Shown: piece by piece, positions 29,725-44,011 of the stretch
Numbering within the stretch: position 1 is the stretch's first letter
Layout: every line of letters begins with the position of its first letter
Assembly (NCBI GenBank): GCA_964016885.1
Contig: OZ024743.1
Location: 195,982,001-196,046,000 of the forward strand
DNA from: Eledone cirrhosa
Taxonomy: Eukaryota
Direction: 5' to 3'
DNA: 64,000 nucleotides
Notes under the pieces: generated by a model
Told to the model about the DNA's origin: nothing
What the model saw: the letters and a program-made list of their open reading frames with translations, nothing else
Databases searched by the model: none
Translations under genes and position numbers: made by a program

Positions 29725-31045
29725 CAGATTTGTTTTATAAATAAATATTGACATACCCGGAAAAAAAGACAACCTTAACGGTTGGAGCTTCCTGGATAGT
29801 GGAGATAGTACATTTATTGAGGGTGATACAAAGTTATGAGTGAGTATGCCAATGAGTGTCCGAAAGGTTGAAAAGATAACGGTTTATTTAAATTAAACTG
29901 TTGGAAGAAGATGATATGTAAGGGAGAGAGAAAAAAAGAAAAAAAGAAAAAAGAAAGGAGAAAGATAGAAGAGGAAAGAAAGAACAATTATACATATTGA
30001 TAGTCAAGATTGAGTGAAAGAAGAAATAAGTTTCAAAGGAGAAATATACACAGCGTAAGTATGTCTAAGTGAAAGAAGAAATAAGATTAGGGTGGAAGAA
30101 TAATATTTATAATGTAGGGTTCATTACGTTTTGATTATAATACTTATAATGATAGGTTGAAAAATTAGATTAAAATTAAAAATTAGAAATCAAACTTAAA
30201 GATTAGAATTTGCCTTAATATTAAAGATTTAATTTAATAATTTAATATTAATAATTATATTATATTAAGATGTATTAATAATAATTTAAATGTGTATGTT
30301 AAGGATTATAAATTATTTAAATAAATATATAGTATTTTACATTAGAGAAAATCTAGTGTAGTTTATTTTATTAAAAGTTGTAAGTCAAAATTTAAACATC
30401 GAAATAATTCTAAATTTATGAAAAATTTACGAGAGTTTACAAAGGAATAACCACTTAATTATATTATAAAAACAGTAAGGAAGTGTAAAGGAAGTTAGAA
30501 GTGATTTTTTAAGATCTCAGATAACTCCAAGGATTAAATGTTATAAAGTTAAAAGGTTAAAAAATGTTTATCTTAAGAATATAATTAAAACATGAACCAT
30601 ATGTTATTTTATACGAAGTCATAAATTTACTTGCTATAAAGTTAAAAAATTTAAAAAATTAAAAAAAATTTATCTTAAGAATATATTTAAAGCATAAACC
30701 ATAGGTTATTCCACATATACAAAAAAAAACTATATATAAAAATCATATGTTTTTCCACATATATAAACATTTGGATATATATATTAAAAACGTTTGAAGA
30801 TATAAAAATATTGGAAGGCATTTTCAAAAGATTTTTTACTAAAACCTTCAGTAAGTTTTTCAAGAAAAACTTTTTCTTAAAGGAGTTTCAAGCAGTCATA
30901 TAAAAAAATTTTATAATCTATCTATAGGTGTAATAATATAAAGTATATAGTATACATATGAGGTAGAGATAATAGAAAGTAAATTAAATATATATGAATC
31001 ATATATATATATAGAACACATTATGTAAAGGAGCTAAATCATATA

Positions 31046-32365
31046 TTACATTTTATATATATATTTAAAAGTTGAGTTTAAACGATGTTTACAGGAACTA
31101 AATAAATTATTTCGCAAATTAATATAGTTCTTACTTTTTAGTATAAAGAATATTTCTTCAACGCAAAGTGAGCAATTTTGGGATAAAGCAGCTTTGGAGA
31201 TAATTTTCCAACGTAAAGAATAGTTAATATTCTTGGATTTTAAGTCCCATAATAAGTTAGATAGTTTAAGATTTTTTACCAATATTCGTAAAAGAACATT
31301 TATGGTTATTAAAGCGAGATTTGAAGTCTGTGGAAGTAGAGCCGACATAGTTAAAGGAGTTTTCATTTGTTTTGACATTACAATTGTATACTATATTTTT
31401 AACTAAACAATTATTATTTACAGGACAGTTTGATTTATTTCTACAATTACATTTATCTGAATTTATATTATTGGGAGCCGTAACATTATATTGGATATTG
31501 CTAGGGGTATTAATGCTATTCTGGTTAAGTTTTAAGTTTCTATTATTAATTCTATTAATACTCTGCGCTAAATTCATAGTGGTGGAATATGAGAGTTTAA
31601 TAGTATGTCTATTAAAGATTGAGTAATACATGTGTGTCTTAGGAAAGCACTTACCTAGAGCTTTAAAGAATAATTTAGCTATAGGAGTTTTAATACTTAA
31701 TGAGAAAGGGGGTGCGAACCATAATATATTTCTAGTTCTATTTTCTCTTTTGATTTTCGAGTTAGTGCAAGGTTTCCTATTATAATTATATTTATAGTTA
31801 TGGTTAATTAGCACATCCTTATTGTCAATGTATTTAATTTTATTACTATAGCCTGCTCTACCTAACGCTTCGTTATAATATTGTGCCTTATCTTCAAATA
31901 TATTTTTATTCGCTGAAATTCTAGAAATACGTTGCTGCACAGAATTTACAATAGTATTTTTAACGGATCTGGGGTGATTGGAATTAAAGTTAACATAGTT
32001 TAAATTTTCATTTATTTTATTAAATGGATAATAAAGACCAGTATTAAGGTTTAAAGTTACATCTAAAAAATTAACTATTTTATAATTATTCTCTACTTCT
32101 ACTTTAAGATTAACGCTATTAAAAAATTGTATAATTTCTTTTCTTTTCCTATTTATTTCACAATTATTATTATTTTCAATAAGTAATAGCATATCGTCAC
32201 GATATAAACCACCGGTCATCTCCGGTATTTTCCTATGTAAAGTATTGTTAATAAAAAGCCCCACAAGATCCGTTAATTGCGCCGAGTCCGATGACCCCAT
32301 AGTGATATCGAAATTGCTATCCCTATCTGCTCTAGTCCAAAGGTGTTTGCTAAATTTAATTAATG
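31046..32365 (-). pseudogene. PLE RT C-terminal half + GIY-YIG, frameshifted near 31266
   Basis: MGSSDSAQ, GLYRDD, VNFLDVTL, CNCRNKSNCPVNNNC, YVGST, CSLCVEE. Confidence 0.92.
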
Positions 32366-32564
32366 TTAATTTAATTAATGCCTTGGTTGCCCTTGAAATA
32401 TGTATAATAAAATAAATATGGTTTTATAAATATAGTTTCCATTTATTAATATATTGTGTATTTACTCCACTAACTTGTTGAGTGCTTTATATCAGTTATA
32501 AAAATGTTTAAGCTTGTTGAATCCCAACAAATTAAATATAACCTCTGCATATATATATATATAT

Positions 32565-33072
32565 TTCGTTTCTGAATTTGTTTAGCAAGATTCTTTATCT
32601 GAAAACGTGTGTTGAAACCGATATTGTTATACTTTGGGAGGTCCATGTTGTCAATAAGAAACACACGCACCAGTTGCTTTCACTCCAATTTATTTAATGA
32701 ACACTGGCGAGAGCTTCAATATAGAAAACAATCATCTGACCTCCACCAACAGGCTAAAATAGAACATAAGGGCAAATTAGAGAGCATAGAAATAAAAATA
32801 AAATCTACACACAGAAAAGACGCAATGTTTAGACAAATTACAGAGGCAATAAACATAAATGAACTCCAACCAAAAAAGAATCCCCAGTCAGTGAAGTGGT
32901 CAAGGAATGTGCCACGAAAGAACTTTGACAATATATGAACAACCGTCCGGTTGTGGAACCAACCATCCAGAAATTTATAAATTTTTAAATTTATAATTTA
33001 ATTTATAATAAATTAAAGTGAAAGCAACTGGTGCGTGTGTTTCTCATTGGCAACATGACCCTCCCAAAGTGT

Positions 33073-33080
<8 letters not shown>
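32565..33080 (+). mobile_element. Truncated PLE of a second lineage (EN C-terminus) with inverted end + tail
   Basis: EHW..SSDLHQQAKIEHKG..DAMFRQITEAINI; arms 32621-32692 and 33009-33080; tail 32565-32620. Confidence 0.75.
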
Positions 33081-33124
<44 letters not shown>

Positions 33125-33873
33125 GCATGGGCATACACGAATACATTGACGTATGTCTATATATATTGTATATATATACATACATCTAATATATACATTA
33201 TAAAAAGATAAAATTTGAATTATCAGCAACATTCATTCAATACATAATCCATTTAGCTACAATAATGAACTGGACTGCAGAAAATTTATTACTAGAAAAT
33301 TCTTGATATTTTTAGCAAACAAAGAACGTTAATTTAATGATGCCTGAATATCAGTTAGATATGAACCACCCATAGAAGTTTATCATATTGCTCACATTTA
33401 TTCTCTTAGCATTTAGTTATTGTTTCTTCCTAATTGATGGCTTCACAGACAACTAATTTGCAGTGATTTCCTGGCATATCGGTGAGATATTTTGTTTTCC
33501 TTCCTTTCTTTTTATCTTGTTTGGTTTCACAGTATTATTTCACTAACGAGTAAAGCTCGTAAAAGAAGTTTCGCTCGACTTACTGTATGTCTAACTGTAA
33601 AACCTACCATTTTCTCATGAGGTGTGACCTTCTAATTAAAGTTTCTGGTGTTCTGTCTGTTGGAATAGGAGGAAAAATCTAGTTTCAATAATTACCAACT
33701 GATTATATTAATCAAATATTGATTTTACTTAAATTAGAAAGTAGTGACCAAGAATTATGATGGAAGATATTATGTATGAATATAGTTGAACTGAATTAAC
33801 CTTTTACCAAAGGTCAGTTCAACAACAATTACATTTAAATTTGAAACAAGTTTTTGATTGGACTGTTTAATAA

Positions 33874-33944
<71 letters not shown>

Positions 33945-34278
33945 AATATATACATATATATATATATGTATATACATATAATATATATATAAACGGAAAA
34001 AATTAAACGAAATTTCATTTCTCACTCTTAGTACGGCTGTTACTTATATATATACATATATAAATATATACATATATAAATATATATATGTATGTATATA
34101 TATTTATACATACACACACATATATATATTTTTATATATATATACATACATATATATATATATATATGTATATATTTATATATATATATGCATATATATA
34201 TATGTATATATTACCATACTGACAAGAACATTAAAAATTATATATATATATATTTATATATATATATATATATATGTG

Positions 34279-34370
<92 letters not shown>

Positions 34371-34752
34371 TTAATATATATATATATGTGTATATATATA
34401 TATAATTTTTTATGTTTGTTCTTGTCAAAATATATATAAATTAATTAATATATAAATAATAAATTTCTTATTTTTGTTTACTGAAAAAAAAAACAAACGT
34501 GTCTAAAAATAATTATTTCTATGAGGTCACACTTTTTTGTTTTCTTACATCTTACACTTATACGCTCGTACGTCTCTTTCTCGGTATATATACATACATA
34601 CATGCACACACATGTACATACACACGTGCGCACGCACACATATATATATGTGTGTGTATATATATATATATATAATTTTTAATATATGAGTTCTGGGTCC
34701 AATCAACATAACCACAGTGAGTATGGTACTCAATATATTAGTAGAGTGTAAA

Positions 34753-34799
34753 CTTCCTGATGATATCAAATGAATGAAATAATTCTAGTCCTGTAGAAG
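34753..34799 (+). ncRNA. Type I hammerhead (degenerate) in a 130-bp tail+inverted element 34688-34818
   Basis: CTTC-CTGATGA-TATCAAATGAAT-GAAA-TAA..CTG-TA-GAAG; homologous to 63283-63331. Confidence 0.6.
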
Positions 34800-34814
34800 C
34801 TATTTCTATATTAA

Positions 34815-34895
<81 letters not shown>

Positions 34896-34899
34896 ATAT

Positions 34900-35535
34900 A
34901 TATTTATTAAAATAACAGATTAAAGTTTAAGCAAAGAATCGCTACTTTCACCCTTAACGGGAACTTCTGAGACTAACAATGTCAATCTGAAGCCGAGAAT
35001 CATTCGGTTTCCTAGTTAGAATTTTAGTCTACGACTTCAGTTATACCATTTACGTGGTTTTGTCTTTGCGTGGTATTGTGCTCCCCGCTCCACATATGAA
35101 TTATTATATTCGTTTTTTCCGTTCATTGCCAGAGAACGTCTCTATGAACCACCTAATAGAATATTAGTCTACGACGTCTTTGATACTATAAACGTGGTTC
35201 TGTCTTTGCGTGTAATTGTTTTTCACCGCTCCAAATAATGACGTATTATATTCGTTTTTCCCGTTCTTTGCCAGGGAACGTTTCCACGAACCAAAGTATC
35301 GTCTTCCTGTCTTCCTCCGGTTGCAACGTTTTTTGAAATATTCACTACTTCTGCGTTCACAGTTTGACTTTGTTAGTTTCAGAAGATACTCTTAAGGGTG
35401 AAAGCAGCGATTCTTTGCTTAAACTTTAATCTGTTATTTTAATAAATATTTGCTCTACGGTTCTTATATATTTGATATATATTTATCCTTATCGAGCCCT
35501 CTTTGGATTTTAGTGTTCAAATTTGTTATTATTAC
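34900..35535 (+). mobile_element. Second copy of the 11-kb inverted-repeat family
   Basis: Tail-less arm 34900-34990, internal duplication, arm to 35449, tail 35450-35535; HHR-like fold at 35359-35434. Confidence 0.82.
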
Positions 35536-35541
35536 TATATA

Positions 35542-35660
<119 letters not shown>

Positions 35661-36359
35661 ACAGAGAGAAAAAAAGACAGAGGGATGCATATTCTAGAAC
35701 TACTGAGTATACTAAATTATCTTATGTTATATTGCCTGCAGTTTCTAAGAAAGAAAAAAATGTTCCTGTTGTTTTTGTATATTTGTTTAGTCACTGTTCA
35801 ACCCTGGCTCACCAGATTCGGGAAAATGTAGGATTATGAAACAAGGTAGGTATTCTTCTATTTTTTATGGCATAGAATTTTGATTTTAGGAAAATTTGGC
35901 TGCTATTTCTAGCAAGTTGAGTAACCATCAAGTAAAGTGCATCCTTTGTTTACTCATATGTAAAGCAAAATATGTTTTTTTTTGCGTTAATATTATGTAG
36001 TATTACATTAAAAGTGGTGTTCATTCAGGTATTACAGAATGTTTCATGCAAAATGAAAATGTCGCCGTTGGCCGTAACAGTATGCTAATATATGGACAGA
36101 TTTATCGCTAGAAATGTCTATAGTTGATATCGCCTGGCAATGGATAAGATTGTCTTCGTAACCAAGACACATAAACTCTCCATGGATTCGTCCACTAAAC
36201 TGTAAACATCTATGTATGTATGTATGTATGTATGTATGTATGTATGTATGTATGTATGTATGTATGTATGTATGTATGTATGTACGTATGTATGTATGTA
36301 TGTATGTATGTATGTATGTATGTATGTATGTATGTATGTATGTATGCGTGTGTATGTAT

Positions 36360-36790
36360 GTTGTTCTGGTTATATAATTTCACAAATGTTTGCCAATAGA
36401 GAGAGTGTCGGTTTCTAACATAGTTACAAGACTCTCTCATTGGAATTTACACATCAACTAGGTAGATATGTCGGCATGCATGTGTGTGCAGGTATGGATG
36501 TTATTGCATGTGTGGATGTTGATGTTTTGAGTTGTATGTGTGCATGTGCACATGCTTTGTATCTGTACATGTGTATATGCAGTTATTAGATACAGAATTT
36601 GTGGAATGTTTAACATATTTTTACTGTTCCCTTAAAGGATTGTACTTGTAATTTCGTAACTAGTCTGTTCTTTCAGTTTCTGGGAAGCGCAGTTTCTCAA
36701 TATTTGTACTGAGGCAGTTACTAACATATTCCAGTGCCCCAATCACCACAGGCATAAATCTGAAGTTATAGTCAGGGTGGAGTATCTGCA
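36360..36790 (-). mobile_element. 5'-truncated copy of the R4/Dong-type element
   Basis: Aligns with 48343-48805; (TATG)n on both sides. Confidence 0.88.
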
Positions 36791-36876
36791 TGTATGTATG
36801 TATGTATGTATGTATGTATGTATGTATGTATGTATGTATGTATGTATGTATGTATGTATGTATGTATGTATGTATG

Positions 36877-37480
36877 TCAGATCACCAGTTGGTGCTACTG
36901 GCAACATGTATCCCAGTACAATCTGTCTCATGGTTGGGTCGTTGGCGACTAAATTGACAACCCCACAAAGGTTTCTTGGTGAGGAGGGGGACTTTGGACA
37001 TCCCGCAGGACTAAAAACAAAACCTGTCAAAGGGCAAAGGAGCTCTTAAGAGTCAATGGCCATCCAGAATCACCGGGAGAGATGACCCCTTAGCCTTTGT
37101 CAAGGCAGAATTCTAGGAGTGGGAAAACTCTGATATAACACATGCAACCCTGATGGTATCCAATGATGTTGACTTGTTCTTCTTTTTGGTAAATATCATC
37201 TTGGTTAAGAGAGTGAGACTGGCTTTGTGCAGTGCCTTTGCTCACTATAAAAGCTTCACGGCACAGGCATTGCTTTATATCTGGAGATCTCTCTGCACTT
37301 GTTGTCACATGGTACCATGGGCCTAGCACTATGTATCAATAATTGTCACAAGTGTTTGTACCAGAGTTTTCAAGTCGCTGGCTGTACTAAAAAGTCACAC
37401 TCGTTCAGCGCATCGGTAGGGGCTCTCCTACATGGATATAAAGTAGTGGCCGTACTCGAAAACGAGTTGGCAGCCACCAT
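36877..37480 (+). mobile_element. Non-coding retroposon-like repeat (17520 family)
   Basis: High similarity to 17520-18083; (TATG)n flank. Confidence 0.75.
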
Positions 37481-38263
37481 GTATGCATCTATGTATGCTT
37501 ACATGTATTTATGTAAGCATACACTTCTTTCTTTTGGTTTGTATCAGACAGTTTGAACCACATAACGTTAACATCTAAGTCCTTTAATGCATGTCATATC
37601 TTTTTATGGATCTGTATAAGTTTCTTTCCATTTAATTTATCTGATATTTTATATTAATTTGTATTTTAAAAATACGCCTTTATAGCGTAATTCACTGTCA
37701 TTCTATGCTTATGACTAAATTTATAACCGATTACGGCGTTATATTTTTGGATATATTTTCATAGACTACGTTATATACTATAACACCGTAATATAATATT
37801 GGTTATATAACACCGCTTGCATATTAGAATTAAAACCATACAAATGTTCCTTAAATGATTGTATTCTGTATGATAGAAGAATATTTTTAATTAGTAAGCT
37901 TGCATTTAATATTCCTGTCTAATATTAACTATTTTTTAAATCTGCTTTTATTTATAACTACTTGTTTGCTGCCGAAAAAAAACAAGACTTTTATACACAA
38001 TTAATCAACTACTTTGCATGTGCTTCACCGCGAAAAAATAACATTCTTCCTTTAATAAAAAAAACTCTTCATTTTATATTGCTGAAATAAATTCAGGCTT
38101 ATTTAGCATAATTAAGTAACTGCTTTCTGTGTGCGTCCCCTGAAATAAAATAACTTATTCTGTATATCTTTAAAAACATTAAAAAAAGCGTCTTCAATTT
38201 CTTTACTGTATTGACTACGATTCTTATGTTTCTACGGGACCCTCATTATCCAAATCTTGCAGC

Positions 38264-38326
38264 AATGCCCTGATGATACTTTTAGTATTACAGGATAATA
38301 TTAAAGTTGAAACACGTGAAGCAATT
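38264..38326 (+). ncRNA. Hammerhead relic
   Basis: CTGATGA-stem II ACTTT.AGTATTA/TAATATTAAAGT-GAAA-CACGTG; triplet reads GAA, so probably inactive. Confidence 0.5.
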
Positions 38327-38383
38327 AATAAAATAATTTGAAGTACCTCTTTGGTTGTCATATATATATATATGCGCGCGCGC

Positions 38384-38530
<147 letters not shown>

Positions 38531-40039
38531 ATGAGAAATTAGAGTAGAGCTGTGTTAAGTTCAAGTCCTTCTGTGATATTGGAGAGTGTAACAAAACCCA
38601 ACTTCATCTCGGAGTCCTACAAATGTTTTCTAATATAGTATATATTTTCATTGGATCCGATTTCTAATATTTATAAGTGCGAAAAAAATTAATCATCCGA
38701 TTATAAACTTATTATAACGCATGTCACCATGGATAACATCGTGAAGGTCATGACCGTAACGACTGATATTATATAACCGATTGTTATAGGAAATGTATCT
38801 TTACAGTGTTTAACAATGTATTTAGACATGTGCCAAATTATGTTCTGTATGGTGAAGACTGCTTAGCTTATCTCTATATATGAATTATATTTAGTTTTAC
38901 TCTATATTTCATAACATGATGGAATATATCACGATGAATTGCGTTATCATTACACTCCAGCTGTGTGATATAAAGTAACAGCGTTGCGCATCAGTTATCG
39001 CAGTTGTTATCTTCTTCTTGTTGCTGCTTTTGTTGTTGTTGTTATTGTTCCTTATGTCTTGATCAAACTTATGTTGAAAGTCACTCCAGCCGTGACCATC
39101 TTGTTACTATTGCATACTGTTGATTAGCGCCAAGTCAGTTCTTCTCCAGATGACCGACGATCAAATGTATTTCAAGAAATTCCCATGGTCATGAATCTTG
39201 GGTAATGTCCGATAGAATACGATCGCGAATACAATCGGCCTATATGGGATAGCTCAGAGATCAGAGAGTTTCCCCAATGTAGAGCCGCTACTTTTCCGAA
39301 TTGAGAGATCATAGCTACGATACTATGGGCTTGTGATTAGAATGTCTCAGGAAAGAATCGCTGGATAGATTTTACAGGCAAAAGCAGCTGGCAGGAGACC
39401 CGGGCTACACCCCGATCAAGCTGGTTGGATATCATCCATGACCTCGGGTGATCTCGTTTTGGGGATCCAGCCGGATCAATTAGAGACAAAACATGCTGGA
39501 AGGAGTGTTTAAGCCTCTCCCCCAACGAACCTCTCGAGAATAAGTAGGCGAAGTAGTGTGAAAATTCTCACACATATATTAGTGTGAATAGTGAATATTC
39601 TTGCACTATCCTCTTTACAGTGGGCGATGAATTGGCAGGACCGTTAGAGCGTTGGATTAAAATGCCACGGTATTTGTCTCGGCTCGCTGCGCTTTCACAT
39701 TTCAGAGGTAACAAAATAAAATACCAGTCCACTGGTATAGATTCTTTTTGTAGTTCTCTATTTCTTTCTCGTTCTGTCTCTCTCTCCCTCTCGGAATAGT
39801 CTGCTGAGTTTTGACCTTGAGAGGAATGGGCGTTGATGTTTAAGACATCGTTTGTCAAGACGGCGCCTCTACGACTCAAGCAAGAATGAAAGAATCTTTA
39901 CATTCTACTGTCTTTAGAACCACGGCATATCACATTTTCATTCCACTATATATTACTTCTCTCTAATTACAGCAAGTAAAATTCCATCAAACAACGCACA
40001 ACCAGCTTTAAAAAAAATCATACATAAAGTGGTCCGGAT

Positions 40040-40339
40040 CAAGGCCAGATTTAATAGGGGGCAATTACACCGGGTCCCCTGCAGTGGGGGCCCCCCACCA
40101 GCGACGGCCGTAGCAATTGATTTATGCCCTTAGCTGGGCTTTTTTGTTTTAGGATAGTTAGAATTTGTGAATTTAATACCTGTATGTATAACTTTCTAAT
40201 TCTAATTACTTAGCTAAGCTAACTTTGATATGTAAAATTGGGATGAGGAAGTTGCTGTGTATTCTAATTTATATTTGTGTATGCGAGGCTCCACGAACCT
40301 GATGTGCCCCGGGTGCCCCAAGGTCTAAATCGAACCCTG
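40040..40339. mobile_element. hAT (Tip100-like) MITE
   Basis: TIRs CAAGGCCAGATTTA / TAAATCGAACCCTG; 8-bp TSD GTCCGGAT / GTCCGGAG. Confidence 0.78.
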
Positions 40340-40730
40340 GTCCGGAGTACAGTATACTCGCACAAACAGATGTGACTAAGAGTATAACTCTACGCAAGCG
40401 GGTTTGATTTGATTCTATACTACGACTTTACAATTTATAGTAATATTTTTTGTTTCTAGATTATATACTGCAAGAAACCATGTATAAAAATCACAATATT
40501 TACCGAGTGTAACAAGATTCAGTAAATATGTTAATATATTATTTCGTCCTGTATAGAAATGACGATAAAATACATAAATCTGAAAAATAAAGAGCAACAT
40601 GAGCACAGAACCTAGAGTGATCCTTACAATTCAGAAAATGGCTCCAATTTATATATTATTTGATATTAAGAGGAGGCAACGTTAGGATTGACACGAATAT
40701 GTGCTTGGCAATATATATATATATATATAT

Positions 40731-43202
40731 AAAATTTCAGGTTATCAATAATGTAGTGATAATATATCGTTACGTTAGAGATGAACAGCGTACGTGCAGG
40801 TTTGCTCAACGAGTATAAATTATATTCCGGAGAAATGTAGAAAGGATGAATATAAAATGAAAGTGCTTTTGTTAAAAAAGGAATTTATTAGGTATTGACA
40901 TATGTTTCTGTAACAGACCGAATACCTATGTATCGCTGCTTGCGTAATCATATAATGTTAGCAAGTATTCGATAGCAAATGTATAATCAGTTGTCACTTC
41001 TTCAGAGATTTTGGATAAACTGGATAAAATCAGAAAAATTGAAGTATTTATATTAGTAAAAGAGGAAGGAACAGAGGGGAGAGAATATGACAGATGGTAA
41101 AATAATTTACTGCTAAACAAGTATATAATGGGTTTTTAATGAGAATACCATGAGTAAATCTAAATAAGAATTTTGGGAGTGCCAATTTTAATCTCTACTT
41201 GACCAACTGGACAGTGGACAGGGCTGGTCATTTGGTGCAGTAGTATTAATTATAAAGTGTCAATTGGGGAAGGGGGAGATTTCGATTGCTACTAAATAAC
41301 ATCAATGCTAGTAGCCAGCTGGTATATGCATTAGGGAATTGAATCAAGAAATCAGAAATCTCATTTTATCTATAGCAGTTTGTATTAAAAGGTAAATAAT
41401 AGAAGAGTTAATAGAATTAAGACTAATAAAGAATGTTCATATCTATTTTGACAATCAAACGGGGATAGAGACAGGCGTTCAATCCTGGTAGTATTCATAA
41501 TATGAAAATGTAGATTTTAAGCGATGGTTACAGTATAACGATCGCTCTATTCTGTTATTTAATAAAATGTTTTTGGATTTCATAATACAAAATAATTCTA
41601 CATTACATAATTTACAAAATTCCTGTCCATGGGACTATGGGGGGGCAGCCGCTATTATATCACATTTTAGGTGAAATTGTTGGTTATTTTCACGCAGCTG
41701 CCAAGCCTTGTCTGCGAGTGTTGTTACATAACGCTGGTTTTCATGTTTTATCGAATAACGATGTCTATAAAGGCGTGATTTGAAGGAGGTGGCTGTAGAT
41801 CCCACATAGTACCACTTCTGTCTATCCGATTCGATAGTACATTTGTATACGATGTTGCGTTCAAGACACTGATTGTTCAACGGACACATTCCTGGTTGGA
41901 CACAGTTGCAATTATAATTTTGCGTTGTTGTATTGCCATGGATGGGTTGATGAGGTTGCTTATGTAGGACAGGATGTTGTTTGTTGTTTTGTGATGTTAT
42001 AGCTAATGTTTTACGTGTATTGTTATGTGTTGGAAGGCGTTTATACAACCGTTTTGCGTTAAGCTTTTTTATATGTTGTTCAATATTAGGGGCGGTTGAA
42101 TATGAAAGTCGAATAGTGTTAGGGTTTAAGATTTTATTATATTTATGTGATGTTGGAAAGTGTTTTCTAACTAATCGAAAGAATTTTGAGGGTAGATTGG
42201 TTTTAATAGATTTGTTATAGACCGGGTTGTACCAGATATACTCCTTACATCGCCTTCTGTCTGGTGGTGTGCGACTATTATTCTGTCTATTGCGGTAGTG
42301 TATGTATGGTAGTGATTCTGTGCTATTTCTACTCCTATGTGATTTATTTTGGGTGTTTTGGTGATCTTTGACTATATACTCTATATTATCTAGGTGACCG
42401 GCTTTCCTAAATGCATCATCATAATACTCGGCATGTTCTTTGAAGGTTTTTTGGTTGGACGATAGGCGGGAGATTCTAAGAGAAACATTTCTAGGGATGG
42501 ATTTAATTATAGAGAGTGGATGGTTAGAACCCGTATTTACATATTTAAGGTTCTCATTTAGTTTATGGAACGGTTTAAACGTATCTGTATTGAGATTGAA
42601 AGTAACATCAAGGAAATTGACCTCTTTGAGGTTATATTCAAATGTAATATTTAATCCTAGTTCCTTAAAAAGCTTTCTGATATTTTTACGCATCCTTTCT
42701 AAATTCTGGTTATTCATATGCTTAACTAATAGGAGCGCATCGTCACGGTAAATTCCACCGTGGAGATCCTTGAATTTTCCTTGTAATCTGTGGGTGATAT
42801 AAATTCCCACAAGATCTGTTACTTCCGCCGAATCATTAGAACCCATAGTGATATCAAAATTAGAAGGTCTATCTTTGCGAACCCAGTAGCTATCATCGAA
42901 TTTAACTATAGTTTTTCTCGCTTCCATAATAATTTTAATTTCAGCAACCGTAAGGTCGGAATTATACTTAGCGAACGAAAAAGCTTCATGTAGAGTATCA
43001 GGTGAAATTGAGGAATAATATTCATCAATATCAAACTGAATAAATTTTGATTTTTTCTTATCAGTAATGTTATTAAACCATCTTATTGCTTCATGAGTGT
43101 TACCCCATAGTTTAATCTCTACTTTAACCTTAACTTGGGGGATAATTCTGTCTAGTATATATTTGCTAATTTTACCTATATCAGATTTAGAGGGGCATAT
43201 AA

Positions 43203-43205
<3 letters not shown>
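40731..43205 (-). mobile_element. 5'-truncated Penelope-like element C (Hydra clade)
   Basis: RT/EN about 41500-43205, 3' UTR with HHR-like motif at 40891-41010, (TA)n flanks. Confidence 0.88.
41500..43205 (-). pseudogene. PLE RT + GIY-YIG (5'-truncated, disrupted at 41635)
   Basis: [53 protein letters not shown]. Confidence 0.92.
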
Positions 43206-43297
<92 letters not shown>

Positions 43298-43430
43298 ATA
43301 TATAAAACATATAAGTATTTCCATAGGATGGCTGGTGGAGGAAAAGAGAAGTTTTTTTTACTTCCGTGTGCAAACTTGGTTGTATATATATATATATATA
43401 TATACATGTGTGTGATGAGAGAGAGAGATG

Positions 43431-43530
<100 letters not shown>

Positions 43531-43680
43531 TACATACATATATATGAATGTATATATATATATAAGTATAGGAGAGTATTGAAGTTTGCTTGAAGCATTG
43601 TGGAATAATAAGGTAAATTTCTTTAAGTCGTTTGGAAGCCTCGACGATGCAGATGGGTAAATCTCCGGGTAACAAGATCC

Positions 43681-43737
<57 letters not shown>

Positions 43738-43765
43738 TGTATATATTTGTATGTATATGTATGTA

Positions 43766-43834
<69 letters not shown>

Positions 43835-44011
43835 ATACATGTATATACGTACATATATATCGTACATGCATATATATATATATATATACATAGATATATA
43901 TGTATGTATATATATATATATAAGTATATATATGTATATATATAATGCATGTATATATATATATATATATATGTATGTACGATATATATGTATTTATATA
44001 TATATATATAT

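Larger units (their letters stand above)
29619..32548 (-). mobile_element. 5'-truncated Penelope-like element B (Hydra clade) with inverted tailed end
   Basis: RT/EN 31046-32365, long AT-rich 3' UTR, inverted pLTR+tail 32378-32548, (TA)n flanks. Confidence 0.92.

Noticed and set aside
40926-41020. Apparent minus-strand exon LSKISEEVTTDY..
   Set aside because: The only open frame ends in a stop at the putative donor, and it overlaps the HHR-like motif in the 3' UTR of element C.
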